This document shows, in pieces, positions 13,599 through 27,110 of a stretch of 64,000 bases of DNA (within the stretch, counting starts at the first letter, position 1; the number at the start of each line of letters is the position of its first letter). The DNA is from Octopus bimaculoides. Its lineage: Eukaryota. Below the pieces are notes generated by a model, which saw nothing but the letters and a program-made list of their open reading frames with translations, was not told the DNA's origin and did not search any database. The stretch lies in contig NC_068986.1 in the NCBI RefSeq assembly GCF_001194135.2, forward strand, positions 91,389,360 to 91,453,359, given 5' to 3'. Position numbers and translations under genes: made by a program.

Positions 13599-14105
13599 AG
13601 CATGATACCTTCAAATTTTATCCTTTGATAACTAAATCTTTGTTGCAAGAAGCATTATATTCCACCAAAAACTATATTCCAATATCAAAATAATCATACA
13701 TGCAAGGAGATTATTGCCTTCTTTCAATAGCAATCTATTGGTAATGAAGAATAATGCTAATTCTTTTGATGTGGCAATGGGTACATCAGACATTGTAGAA
13801 ATTTGTAAGCTTAATGGTCTTATATTTTACATTCATTACATAAGTTTAGCAATTTATACTGTGGCCTATATTAAGATGACAGACTCACTATTATATGAAA
13901 TATGAATGCTCAACAGATTTTGGATACTTACAAAAAATGATTTATTTGTAATTTAAAGATTTGCACCAAAAAAGATTGCATATATATTGTTAAGCTCTTT
14001 GATACTATCTTAAAATTAGGAATCAATAAATATAACCCATTTGGTAAACCAATTGAAAATAGATAAATACAGTTTGAAACTATTCATCTGCTATTATAAA
14101 TAATT

Positions 14106-14196
14106 ATAGGCGCAGGAGTGGCTGTGTGGTAAGTAGCTTGCTTACCAACCACATGGTTCCGGGTTCAGTCTCACTGCGTGGCACCTNNNNNNNNNN

Positions 14197-14238
<42 letters not shown>

Positions 14239-14462
14239 ATGTGTGTATGTGTGTCTGTGTTTTTCCCCCCACCATCGCTTGACAACCAATGGTGGTATGC
14301 CTACGTCCCTGTAACTTAGCGGCTCAGCAAAAAGAGACCGATAGAATAAGTACTAGGCTTACAAAGAATAAGTCCTGGGGTCGATTTTCTCGACTAAAGG
14401 CAGTGCTCTAGCATGGTCGCAGTCAAATGACTGAAACAAGTAAAAGAGTAAAAGAATAAAGA
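14106..14462 (+). mobile_element. SINE-A inserted in the Penelope relic (10-N gap inside)
   Basis: Head TAGGCGCAGGAGTGGCTGTGTGG; tail AAGTAAAAGAGTAAAAGA. Confidence 0.85.
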
Positions 14463-14819
14463 GTAATTTAAGGGAAAATGTTAGTAGACAGTTATTCAGT
14501 ATTTCATCTGATATGTATTCCTTCAAAAAAGTAATGGTTTATTATAATAAACCATGCAAACAGTGGTTTTTAAGGATAAGATAAATTACATAGATAATCA
14601 TGTTAATTCACAAACATGACAAAAAAAAAAAAAATGGAAAAAAAAATTATTTGGTTTAATTCTCCATATTGTCTTAATATACATATATTGCAACATAGTT
14701 GTTTCATTCGTTTGATATTTTCCAAAAATATCTTGGATATAAGATTTTTAATAGAATAATATTAGATTAAGATTTGGTTGTACAAAAAATTACCTAAAGA
14801 AATAACAAATATTGGCTTC

Positions 14820-15195
14820 AAATTCTGGTACATGGGGAGGGGGTAAGACAATTACACTGAGCCCAGTAGTCAACTGGTACTTATTTTATCAACCCTGAAA
14901 GGATGAAAGGCAAAGTCAATCTTGGAGGAATTTGAATTCAGAATGTAAAGACAGTATTTTGTTTGGCATGCTAATGATTCTGCCAGCTCACTAAATAATA
15001 ATAATAATTTTGGCACAGATCCACAGTTTTTGAGGGGAGGGTAAATTGATTACCAGTACTTGGTACTTATTTCATCAACCCCCAAAAATGAGCAAAGTTG
15101 ACCTCAATGGAATTAGAGGTCAGAATGTAAAGAGAGACACAAAATGGCACTAAGCATTTTATCCAGTATGCTAATGATCCTACCAGCTCACCACT
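14820..15195 (-). mobile_element. Two diverged tandem SINE-B copies inside the Penelope relic
   Basis: Two GGCAAAGT..AATTTGAA.TCAGAA..CTGCCAGCTCAC blocks. Confidence 0.7.
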
Positions 15196-16224
15196 TATGA
15201 AGTAACAAATATTGATTGTAAAATAATCTTGGCTAACTATCTTCATCTAATTCGTCCTGTTTGCGCAATTTTTTTAAGCCCATAAAATATTCTTTAATTG
15301 ATTTGCTTTTGTGCAAAAGTATTTACAGTTAATCATTGTTTTCAAAGATTATATCCAGCTGACTGAAAATCTTTTCAAGTTAAGATTTAATTAGCATAAA
15401 TATACTTTCAGAAATCCTGACAGATCTTCCAACATAAATTTTTCAAAAAATGAAGAACAAAAAATGAAACAAAAAACTGGTTTCTAAAATAACAACAATA
15501 TCAAAATCTATAAAATCATTTGGAAGATATTAGTTATGTCAAGTTTTATTATCAGGATAATGTTAGTTGTGATCTTTGTATTTCTGAGGATAAAAAAAAA
15601 AAATGAATGTATTGTTCCATAAGAGCTCTAAGTGAAATACTCAGAGCTAATATCTATCTGTTGCTATAAATCAAAATTTGGTTGGAAAATCTAAAAATAC
15701 CAAAGAGTTAAACAACTGGAAGCTTCGTATTACATTATTAAACATTTCATACAAATCAAAAGGTTTTCCTTTTGTTAATTTGTATTTTATCTTCAACAAT
15801 AATTTATTTTGTATATCAATATAAAAACCTATTATTTCATTTCTATTATTGTCAGAGAATTGCTAAACATAGAATTCAGAATTGAATTTGTGAAAATTCA
15901 GATTAAAATGAATTTTATTATATTACTGTATCTCAAGGTGACAAGCTAGCAGAATCATTGGTGCGTCAGACAAAATGCATAGCAGCATTGCTTACAACCT
16001 TTATGTTCCAGGTTCAATTACTACCAAGGTTGACTTTACTTTTTAACCTTTCAGAGTTGATAAAATGAATACCAGTCAGTACAGAAGTTGATACAATTGA
16101 CCTGGCCCCTCCTCTCAAATTTACTAGCCTCGTGCCAAAATTAGAAAGAATGATATTACTGTACCTCACAGTAATGAATTTGTCGTGGTATTTTTCATAC
16201 TGTTGTGTGATTTCTTCTTACATT

Positions 16225-16640
16225 TGTGTGTGTGTCTTCTTTCATTTTATCTGTTTCAATTGTTTGATTGCAGGCATGCTGGGACACCGCCATGAAGAAT
16301 TTTACCCAAATGAATCAACCCTAGCACTTATTTTTTTTTATAGCCTGGTATTTATTCTGACAGTCTCTTTTGCCAAACCACTAAGTTATGGGGAGATAAA
16401 CACACCAACTCCAGTTGTAAAGTGGTAGCGGGGGGACAAACACAGACACAAAAGACACACACATATATATACATATGTGTGGCTTCTTTCAGTTTCCATC
16501 TAAGAAATCTACTCATGAGGCATTGGTCGGCCCAGAGCTATAATAAAAGACACTTGCGCAAGGTGCCATGCAGTGGGACTGAACCTGGAACCATGTGATT
16601 GGGAAGTAAACTTCTTATTACACAGTCATGCCTGTGCCTA
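16225..16640 (-). mobile_element. SINE-A, diverged
   Basis: Head, core and 3' motifs recognisable. Confidence 0.75.
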
Positions 16641-16794
16641 TGTCTGTGTAACTTAGTCAATAAATAGAGATCGATAAAATGAGTGCCGACTGATGTAAGA
16701 ATTGGCATCAATATAATCAATGAAAACACTCGAAAGAAGTCAGCCAGCGTAGCCTAATGACTGAAACCAAAACCAGTAGAAGAATAACAAAAGA

Positions 16795-17030
16795 ATGTGT
16801 GTATGTATGTAGGTATGTATGTGTGTGTATGTATGTATGTAGGTATGTATGTAGGTATGTATGTGTGTATGCATGTGTGTATGTATATATGTATGTGTGT
16901 GTATGTATGTGTGTATGTATGTGTGTATGTATGTGTGTATGCATGTGTATATGTATGTGCGTATATATGCATATATATGTGTGTGTGTGTGTGTGTATAC
17001 ATATGTGTATGTATATAATCATGATCATGA
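16795..17030. repeat. (TATG)n/(TG)n compound microsatellite
   Basis: Direct inspection. Confidence 0.95.
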
Positions 17031-17179
17031 TAGTCATTTTGCACCTAATTTTCCATGGGTTGGATGAGACGTTTTGTAGCAGCATTTTACAGCAGGATGA
17101 CCCTTCATGTCACCTCTTACATCATGCAGGGATATGGCACATCTAATGCAAAACCAGGACACACCCTACCTTATCTTTT

Positions 17180-17567
17180 CTACTTTAGGCACATGGCCCA
17201 TAATTTCTGGGGAGTGGAGGAGCAGTCGGTTAGATCGATCCCCAGTACGTGACTGGTACTTAATTTATCGACCCCGAAAGGATGAAAGGCAGAGTTGACC
17301 TCTGCGGAATTTGAACTCAGAACGTAACGGCAGACGAAATACCACTAAGCATTTCACCCGGCATGCTAATGTTTCTTATTTCTTTTCTGCCCACAAGAAG
17401 CTAAACATAGAGGGGACAAACAAGGACAGACAAAGGGATTAAGTTGATTACATCGACACCAGTGCGTAACTGGTACTTAATTTATCAACCCTGAAAGAAT
17501 GAAAGGCAAAGTCGACCTCGGCAGAATTTGAACTCAGAACATAATGGCAGACAAAATACCACTGAGT
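17180..17567 (-). mobile_element. Nested SINE-B: tail-i copy inserted into the head of a tail-ii copy
   Basis: Junction GCTAATGTTTC|TTATTTC at 17375. Confidence 0.8.
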
Positions 17568-18199
17568 NNNNNNNNNNNNNNNNNNNNNNNNNNNNNNNNN
17601 NNNNNNNNNNNNNNNNNNNNNNNNNNNNNNNNNNNNNNNNNNNNNNNNNNNNNNNNNNNNNNNNNNNNNNNNNNNNNNNNNNNNNNNNNNNNNNNNNNNN
17701 NNNNNNNNNNNNNNNNNNNNNNNNNNNNNNNNNNNNNNNNNNNNNNNNNNNNNNNNNNNNNNNNNNNNNNNNNNNNNNNNNNNNNNNNNNNNNNNNNNNN
17801 NNNNNNNNNNNNNNNNNNNNNNNNNNNNNNNNNNNNNNNNNNNNNNNNNNNNNNNNNNNNNNNNNNNNNNNNNNNNNNNNNNNNNNNNNNNNNNNNNNNN
17901 NNNNNNNNNNNNNNNNNNNNNNNNNNNNNNNNNNNNNNNNNNNNNNNNNNNNNNNNNNNNNNNNNNNNNNNNNNNNNNNNNNNNNNNNNNNNNNNNNNNN
18001 NNNNNNNNNNNNNNNNNNNNNNNNNNNNNNNNNNNNNNNNNNNNNNNNNNNNNNNNNNNNNNNNNNNNNNNNNNNNNNNNNNNNNNNNNNNNNNNNNNNN
18101 NNNNNNNNNNNNNNNNNNNNNNNNNNNNNNNNNNNNNNNNNNNNNNNNNNNNNNNNNNNNNNNNNNNNNNNNNNNNNNNNNNNNNNNNNNNNNNNNNGT

Positions 18200-18835
18200 G
18201 TGTGTGTGTGTGTGTGCGTGTGTGTGTGTGTGTGTGAGTGTGTGTGTGTGTGTTTGCCCACCATCGCTTGACAATCGATGCTTGTGTGCTTATGTCCCCG
18301 TAACTTAGTGGTTCGGCAAAAGTGACTGATAGAATACGTACTACGCTTACAAAGAATAAGTCCTGGGGTTGATTTGTTCGACTAAAGGTGGTGCTCCAGC
18401 ATGGCCACAGTCAAATGATTGAAACAAATGAAAGAATAATAATTCCATACAAATTTGTAATCTTTTATCTTATGGCATTTACTTGTTTCAGTCATTTGAG
18501 TATGGCCATGATGGAGCACTGCTTTGAAGAAGTTTTAGTTAAATAAATTGATACCTCAGGACTTCCATTAGTGTCTTTTGCTGTACCACTAAGTTACAGG
18601 GATGTAAACACACCAACACCGGATGTCAAGAAGTGATGAGGGATAAACACAGACACAAAGACACACACACACATACACACATGATGGGCTTCTTTCAGTT
18701 TCCATCTTCCAAATCCACTCACAAGGCTATGGTCAGCCCAAGGCTATAAAAGAAGACACTTGTCCAAAGTACCACACAATCAGAATGAACCTGGAACCAT
18801 GTGGTTGGAAAGCACACTTCTTACCACAGAGTCAC
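18200..18835. mobile_element. Tail-to-tail SINE-A pair (18200-18435 +, 18470-18835 -)
   Basis: 3' half after the gap, then an inverted near-complete copy. Confidence 0.75.
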
Positions 18836-19399
18836 AGAGAACTCATGTAATAAATCATCATTACACTTTTTGTTGTATCTTGGAAAGGTCATAATGCCAA
18901 TAATAAACACACACTGGTTGTGTTTCACTTCTTTTATAACCATTAGCCAATTCAATGTCCAAGTCTTGTTATTATGTAGCATCGACCTTAATACACAAGC
19001 ATCATACAATCTGGCCCATCTCTCTTTGCTGTAAGCAGAGGTGATAGGAGCTTCAACCTGTTCTACTTTGGATTTACTATGCTGTTGGAACTCCTACCCG
19101 TACTGTTTTTAAGGTCACCTAGTAACAATAGCAATCTACTACATCTAGGGAGCGTTCTAGGATATATATATATATATATATATACCCATATAAAAAGGTA
19201 TTATATGTATGTGTGTGTATGTGTGTATCACACACACACACACATTATTAATATTATTAACATTATTAATATTTAGCAAAAGCAATGATGTGTGTGTGTG
19301 TGCGTGTGTGAATGTTATTTCTCAGTAAATTATGGACCATGAATTATTTTGTGTAAGTTGCAGTAAGTCAATCAATAACATCTCCACCTTGACTATCTC

Positions 19400-19481
19400 C
19401 TTTCTACCATATCATCATCACAACCATCAGCATCATCATCATCATCATCATCATCATAACCATCAACATCACCATCACAAC

Positions 19482-19521
<40 letters not shown>

Positions 19522-19634
19522 TTCATCATCATCATCACCACCCCCACCACCATCATTGTCTTTATTCATTGGCATTAACTTTTCAGTCTCTATCATGCAT
19601 GACATGTCTGCCTAACAACAACTACAACCACAGC

Positions 19635-19665
<31 letters not shown>

Positions 19666-19732
19666 GCAACAACCACAACAAAACAGAGAAAAAAAATCAC
19701 CAGACCAAAAGAACTAGTTGACAAAACTAGCA

Positions 19733-19779
<47 letters not shown>

Positions 19780-20189
19780 AACTTGTTTTTGTTGCTGCTG
19801 TTGCAATTGTTGTTGTTGTTGCTGCTACTGTTACTGCTACTGCTGCAATATTGACAACAACTGATATCAACAGTGACTGGCAACAACAAAACAACAAGGA
19901 CAACAACAACAGTAACATCATCAATAACACTTTAATACTCATTAGCATCACCATCAGCATCGTCATCACAATTTCTACCATCATCATCAGCAGCAGCAGC
20001 CTCACTACCTTCATCATCATCATCATCACTACCACTGGCACCAATACCACAATCATCATCGTCATCATCATCATCATCATCACTACCACCGGCACCAGTA
20101 CCACAATCATCATCATCGTCATCACCATCATCAACATCATCACCATCATCACCATCATCATCATCGTCATCATCGTCATCACCATCATC

Positions 20190-20220
<31 letters not shown>

Positions 20221-20248
20221 CCATCATCACCATCATCATCGTCATCGT

Positions 20249-20279
<31 letters not shown>

Positions 20280-20740
20280 ATCATCATCATCATCGTCATC
20301 ATCATCGTCATCATCATCGTCATCGTCATCATCATCATCATCATCATACCAACACTACCAACATCACCACCATCACTATCAATGCTACTCTCATCATCAT
20401 CATCACCATCAACCTCATGAATATGGTTGCCACTGTCATCCCCACCACCATTCTCATCTTCCTCACCACCGGCCATTGTCATTGGCATCATTATCATTAC
20501 TGTCACCGCCATCGACACCACCACAAGCACTACCACCACCACCACCACCACCACCAATATCATTGCCGCCACCATCATTATCATCATTATTATCATCTCC
20601 ACCTCCACTATCACCAACAATATCAGTTTCATCATCATGAGCACCACCACCACCACCACCACCACCATCTTCATCACAAATGTCATTGTCATCATCATCA
20701 TCATTGTCACTATCATTGTCATCATCATTATACAGTGCCA
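19400..20740. repeat. Compound (CAT)n/(AAC)n/(ACT)n/(ACC)n tract, ~1.3 kb
   Basis: Direct inspection; source of the 365-aa poly-M/V ORF. Confidence 0.95.
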
Positions 20741-20874
20741 AAAACATGACAAAGTTCTCATGAATAAAATACTCAAAAGCTGGCACAAAATATTTTCCAA
20801 AAGCTGCATGGCTATATTGTACATTTATGTTGATGTATTAATATGTATGTTTGTGTGTATGTATGCATAAATTT

Positions 20875-20903
<29 letters not shown>

Positions 20904-20905
<2 letters not shown>

Positions 20906-21312
20906 GGAGTGGCTGTGTGGTAAGTAGTTTGCTTACAAACCCACATGGCTCTGGGTTCTGTCCCACTGCATGACACTTTGGGCAAGTGTCATCCAATATA
21001 GCCTCAGGCCGACCAAAGCCTTGTGAGTGGATTTGGTAGATGGAAACTGAAAGAAACCTGTCGTATATATGTATATATATATATGTATGTGTGTGTATAT
21101 ATTTGTGTGTCTATGTTTGTCCCCCCAGCATCGCTTGATAACCGATGCTGGTGTGTTTACGTCCCCATAACTTAGCAGTTCGGCAAAAGAGACCGATAGA
21201 ATAAGTACTAGGCTTACAAAGAATAAGTCCTGGAGTCGATTTGCTCGACTAAAGGCAGTGCTCCAGCATGGCCACAGTCAAATGACTGAAACAAGCAAAA
21301 GAGTAAAAGAGT
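20904..21312 (+). mobile_element. SINE-A, full length
   Basis: Complete head, internal (TA)/(TG) tract, tail AAAAGAGTAAAAGAG. Confidence 0.9.
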
Positions 21313-21639
21313 ATATACACATATAATTATAGATATAAATATACATATTATTAAAATTAATAATAATATGCATGAAAATTTGTCAACACAACATTATCAA
21401 GGTAATCCAAAATGGTGAAATTCTAACTGAACAAATTTTAGCTGTTAAAAAATGCTAACAAAAAGAAACGCCAAACCAAATTTAACTTTAGACATTCATT
21501 CACTCAACCAAGAGTGACGTCATAGAATTACTAATTTAGTTTATAAAAATAAAATATAAAAAATACCATACTAATTCCATAGTTTTTGACAATGTGAAAT
21601 CTATATAAAAAAATGAAAAAACCTAACATAGAAAACGAG

Positions 21640-22400
21640 TATATTTATCTACTAAAATTGATGATGTCACTGGATATCTAAAGAACAAAATCTGCAGACA
21701 AGAATTCTATGCTATATTTAATAGATAACCTAAGAATAAAAACTAAAAATAATAATTCTACGTAATGCTTAATAGAAACTTACATACTTTACATCACAAT
21801 AATTAATTACCGATTTATTTACCTAATATAATAAACCCTTCTATAGGAATTACCCTTCTTTTATAATAACTGAAGAATTATTATATTCAACAATGTACAT
21901 AACCACCAAGGATCTCACTGGATAATTAAATAATAGAAATTACAGAAAAGATAAACAAATATCTATTTATTCATTATAATAAACTTTTATATAGGAATTA
22001 ACCTTATTAGATAATAATAGAAAAATTATTATAATTAATAATAATATATACAATTATTGATCACTATGCTAGATAACTAAGGAATAAAAATAACAGATAT
22101 GATAATTAAATATCTATTTATTTTTATATTATACCTATTTATAGGAATTAAGATTATTATATAATAATTGAAAAATTACTATGATTAATAATATATACAA
22201 TTCTTGATGATCTCAGTGGATAATTAAAAGAATAAAAATTATAGATACGAATTTTACGTCATGCTTAATCAAAACTTAGATACTTTACATTGTTATAACT
22301 AATTACTTACTCATTATGTTAAGCACTTTAATAGAAATTAACCTGATTATATAATAATTAATTAAAAGATTATTATAATTGACTAGCTGGACCCATAAAA
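21640..22400. repeat. AT-rich diverged ~150-bp tandem repeat
   Basis: ATAGGAATTA at 21843, 21991 and 22141; GAT(C/G)TCA(C/G)TGGATA at about 21663, 21911 and 22208. Confidence 0.7.
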
Positions 22401-22639
22401 AATTCACAGAAAACATAAAAAATGTATGCATCAGTAAATTGTGTGCTGGTGCCATGAGAAATGTTTCTATATTGTGACAGTTACAGAATATAGAAAGACA
22501 TGTAAAACCGATAACTATATAATCTAACCAAAATATCTCAGTTACTCAAACGTAAACAGAATTACTATTTAGCCTTAAAATACATCATGCATGTTCAAAG
22601 AACCTTCTTGGTTTAGTGGTATGGAATGTTCTGGTATTC

Positions 22640-22830
22640 TTTTATTCTTTTACTTGTTTCAGTCATTTGACAGTGGCCATGTTGGAGCACCGCCCTTTAG
22701 TCAAAGAAATCAACCCCTAGACTTATTCCCTGTAAGCAAGCCTGGTGCTTATTCTATCAGTCTCTTCTGCCAAACAGCTAAGTTATGGGGACACAAGCAT
22801 ATCAACATTGGTTGTCAAGAAATGTATATT
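22640..22830 (-). mobile_element. SINE-A 3' half
   Basis: CAGTCATTTGAC.GTGGCCATG.TGGAGCACCGCC motif. Confidence 0.75.
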
Positions 22831-22934
22831 TATATTTATAAACATTTAAACACAAAACGAACGCCATCAGCACTCAGTCTCTTTCACTCTCTTTCTTGCA
22901 TTCTCTCTTTCTTTCTCTCTCACTTTCTTCTTTG

Positions 22935-22975
<41 letters not shown>

Positions 22976-23059
22976 TTTCTCTCTGTCATCTCTCTCACTT
23001 TGCCACTCACTTCTTTGAAGTAAGTGTGACATACTCGCCAGGTACAACCAAAAAGAACA

Positions 23060-23240
23060 AATTGGCATATTAATATTATTGATGATTGAAATATTTGAAT
23101 GTATTTCTAAATTTATGGCAACATCTTAAAGTTAAGTGCGCATTGAAATTCAATAAAATTAATTTAGAAGTAATTATAAAATATAATTTTTCAAAGCAAA
23201 GATCACAAGTAGAATTACCAATATTATACAATGGTGCATA
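23060..23240 (-). mobile_element. Penelope-like element C-terminal fragment
   Basis: YNIGNSTCDLCFEKLYFII..LLNFNAHLTLRCCHK matches the CxLCxxEK..LLN..C.H end motif. Confidence 0.6.
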
Positions 23241-23336
23241 ACTAATATACACACATATATACATATATACATACATACATACTGCATACATAGATACTAC
23301 ACACACACACATACACAATGGGCTTCTTCCAGTTTC

Positions 23337-23568
23337 TTATTTCTTATTTCTTTATTGCCCACAAGGGGCTAAACATAGCGGGGACAAACAAAGGGATTAA
23401 ATCGATTACATCGACCCCAGTGTGTAACTGGTACTTAATTTATCGACCCCGAAAGGATGAAAGGCAAAGTTGACCTTGGCGGAATTTGAACTCAGAACGT
23501 AGCGGCAGACGAAATACAGCTAAGCATTTCGCCCAGTGTGCTAACGTTTCTGCCAGCTCGCCGCCTTC
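23337..23568 (-). mobile_element. SINE-B (tail i) inserted into a SINE-A
   Basis: TSD CTTCTTCCAGTTTC on both sides, inside the SINE-A core. Confidence 0.85.
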
Positions 23569-24686
23569 TTCCAGTTTCTACCAACCAAATCCATTCACAA
23601 GGTTATGGTCAACCTGACCTTATATATACATTTACTCAAGGTATCATGGAGTGGGACTACACCCAAGACTACGTAATTGAAAAGCAAGCTTCTCTACCAC
23701 AAGTTTTACCTAAGTTTCATGTTATCTATTATGCAATAAAAACATTTCAGCCAAAATTTTCATTTTAAAACAAAATGAGCCATTTTGGATTAGTTAATTG
23801 TCAAAAAGGTTGGCATTCAGCTTGAATGTTTAATAAAAAGCAGTTAAAGGAGAGAGGAAAAAATGAAAAGGAAAAGAACAGCTGAAATTTCTAGGATGAT
23901 TGGCAGAAAGGAAAGATTGATCAAATAAGTGATTGGTTGATCCGTTGAGGTGATCCCATAGGAAAAAAAAATCAAGAGACATCAGCAAGAAAAGAATACT
24001 TCTGTACAATTTCCGTTATGTTTTTCAACAAATGCTTTTATTTTTGAACATATTCACTGTTAACTTCAACATGTTTTTTTCATATTGGTTACACAGTGTC
24101 TTACTACCATTTTAATAGAACTGATTGACCCGATTGTCATTCTGTGTATGAATGTGTATATGTATATATGTAAGTGTGTTCGTGTGAGTGAGTATGGTCA
24201 TGTATATGAGTTTGTGTGTGTTTGTATGTGCAAGTATGATCACGTGCATGTGTGTTTGTACATAAGAATATGGCATCTCTATATATATGTGTCTGTTTGT
24301 GCATGTGTGTAGGTATCATTAATCCTAAATATAATTGCACACATTAACGCTATTATGCACAATTAGCATGTAAAAAATAAGTGTATGAAGATTAAGTAGT
24401 TAAGCAGTAATAGCCAGTGTTCCCTCTAATTTTTTTTTTTTTTTGCTGTGGGTGTGTGCAGAAATTGCACCATGTGCAAATTTTGTCCTTCTTTGCAAAG
24501 TACATGCACACCCATGTGAGTAAACATTGCCCACATTTCTTTAATTAAAGAAACCCAGTTTCATCTTGAAAACTTTGAAAGCCTTGTGAGCACACACGAT
24601 CAAACAAGCACATAATTAAGGGCATTCCTGTTTTTTTTTTTAAGGCACAGTGCTCTCTGCTGGACCACATTATCAATATGTTCTAA

Positions 24687-24919
24687 AAGGCAGCGAGCTG
24701 GCAGAATTGTTAGCACGCTTGGCGAAATGCCTGGCGGTATTTCGTCTGCTGTTACGTTCTGAGTTCAAATTCCGCCAAGGTCGACTTTGCCTTTCATCCT
24801 TTCGGGGTCGATAAATTAAGTACCAGTTGCGCACTGGGGTCAATGTAATCGACTTAATCCCTTTGTCTGTCCTTGTTTGTCCCCTCTATGTTTAGCCCCT
24901 TGTGGGCAGTAAAGAAATA
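24687..24919 (+). mobile_element. SINE-B (tail i), full length
   Basis: TSD ATATGTTCTA. Confidence 0.9.
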
Positions 24920-24999
24920 TATGTTCTACAATAATGGGGTATGATTTGAGAGTGATTTGCCTGCTATTTCTAGCAAATCAAGTGATTACTAGACGCTCT

Positions 25000-25640
25000 G
25001 GCTCTTTCATTGATTCCATATGGTTGTATTATTAATGATTTCAATGTTACTAGTGATGGTATGGTGGCAATCGATGATGATGGTGGTGGTGGTGGTGATG
25101 GTTATAGTGAATGTGATGGTTGTGGTAGTGGTGGTCATGGTGGTAGTGGCTGTGAAGGATGTGGTGGTGATGTTTATGGTTGTGTTGTTAATGATGTCAA
25201 TGTTATACATGAGGTGGTGGTGGTGGTGGTGGTGGCAGTGACCATAGTTATGATTTCAATAAAGGTGGTAATGATTGTGGAGGCAGTGGAAGCAGTGATA
25301 GTGATGATGGTGGTGGTGGTGGTGGTGGTGGTGGTGGTGGTAGTGATGGCTGTTTTGTTGTTGATGATGTCAGGGCTATTAATGAGTTGATGGTGGCGGT
25401 GGTAGTGGTGATAGTAGTGGAAGCTGTAATAGCAGCGAATATTGTTGTTGTTGTTGGTAGTGGTTGTGTTATTGTTGATGTGATGTCAGTGCTGCTATGG
25501 TGGTAGCAATGGTGGAAGCTAGGGAATTTTCTAGTAGTGACAGTGGTAGTGATGGTAGTAGTTGTGGTAGTGGTGGCAGTTGTAACAGTGATGGATGTTA
25601 TGGTGGTGGTTGTAGTGGTGGTGGTGGTGGTGGTGGTGAT
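25000..25640. repeat. Cryptic (GGT/GAT)n tract
   Basis: Direct inspection. Confidence 0.9.
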
Positions 25641-25968
25641 AGTTTTCCAAGGTGGAGAAATCAAACGCAAATGCTGCACCATTCTACATTATAATTAAGT
25701 GCTCGTTCTTTAGGTCAGTAATTAGTGTACAAAATGCAAGGAGTGAAAAACAAAGACGTAAACACAGATAAAAACATAAACAAAAGTACAAAGAACAACA
25801 ACAACAGCAAAAACATACTCACTAACAAAAAAAAAACAGACAATAAATGGGGTGGGCGTTTGTATGAATGTGCTTTAAATTAATCTGGTTAATTATCACA
25901 GGTCAATCATCAACTACTGATGAGCACGGAAATCTATGTTCATGTTTATGTATGTTTGTGAGTACATG

Positions 25969-26019
<51 letters not shown>

Positions 26020-26082
26020 AAGTTTATGTGTGTGTATCTAGGTTTGCATGCACATATATGTATATCTGTATTTGCACAAGCA

Positions 26083-26117
<35 letters not shown>

Positions 26118-26199
26118 ATGCGTGTATACATGCATGTGGGTGTGTCTAATGTGATAATGGAATTTGTTGCTGCTAAATCACTCTCACTTTATTTACACC

Positions 26200-26405
26200 A
26201 ACCGCCACCACCACTGCCACTACTACCACCACCACCACCACCACCACCACTGCCACCGCCGCCATCACCGCCACCACCACTGCCGCCACTGCTACCACCA
26301 CCACCAACTACTATTGCCACTACCATAACTGCTATCATCACTTCATCCTCACCTCTAACACCAAAAACTACCACCACTATTACTACTACTACTACTGCTG
26401 CAGCA
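26200..26405. repeat. (CCA/CCG/ACT)n tract
   Basis: Direct inspection. Confidence 0.9.
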
Positions 26406-26412
26406 GCAGTCC

Positions 26413-26580
26413 AATGAAAGACAGTCTTCAGGGATAGTGATTTGATGGCAAAGATGAGGTGAAAATGGCTGTCAAGAAACAGATACAAAAGTGGACCCCT
26501 GAATTTTTTCAAAGACAATTTGGAAGTTGGGTTCAATGATGGCTCAAATGCATCACTTGTGATAGAGGCTGTGTTGAGTA
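26413..26580 (+). mobile_element. Tc1/mariner transposase C-terminal fragment
   Basis: MKDSLQG*.FDGKDEVKMAVKK..FFQRQFGSWVQ*WLKCITCDRGCVE* parallels mariner L.GRRF.S.EEVK.AV..W..FY..GI..LV.RW.KCI...GDYVE. Confidence 0.7.
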
Positions 26581-26899
26581 GTACTCTTCTATAAAGAAAG
26601 ACTTTATCTACCAACACGTGAAATTTGAACAGCCTGTGTCAGTTAATAAAACACTTAGGTCCCCCACTTTTGCCTTACTGTTGAGACAACCCTTACACTT
26701 TACAATACTCCTGGTTTCGCTCTTTTCTATTCCTTTCTTTATTTTTGTTTTTTAAAAAGAAGGGATTAAACTTGAAACATAAAAAAGACATTTCTACTTC
26801 TCTAGCATAGCATCAACCTTTAGCAATACTGTTTTACTATGTTTTAATGTTTTGTCACAAATTTTGCATTTACACATCATCACCATCACCATTTAATCC

Positions 26900-27110
26900 T
26901 TTCAATTATAGGCACAAGGCCTGGGATTTGAAGGAGGGGGGATAATCGATTACATTGACCCTAGTGTTTCACTGGTACTTAATTTATCGACCATGAAAGG
27001 ACAAAAGGCAAAGTCAACCTTGGCGGAATTTGAACTCAGAACGTAGTAACGGGCAAAATACTGCTAAGCATTTTATCCTGCGTGCTAATGATTCTGCCAG
27101 CTCGCCACTT
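26900..27110 (-). mobile_element. SINE-B (tail ii)
   Basis: Head and tail motifs. Confidence 0.8.

Larger units (their letters stand above)
13605..15710 (+). mobile_element. Penelope-like element relic (RT + GIY-YIG), interrupted by one SINE-A and two SINE-B copies
   Basis: In order: FYP..TKSLLQEAL, FDVAMGTSDIVEICKLNGL, GLY*DDRL, SGFKDKINY, KKIIWFNSPYCLN, KIFNRNNI, DYIQLTENLFKLRFN.HKYTFRN, YKIIWKIL, SCDLCISE. Confidence 0.75.

Noticed and set aside
19727-20824. 365-aa ORF as a protein-coding gene
   Set aside because: Poly-M/V/D translation of (GAT/GGT)n; no domain or splice context.
24416-24620. hAT MITE starting CAGTGTTCCCTCTAA
   Set aside because: No matching right TIR or TSD found.
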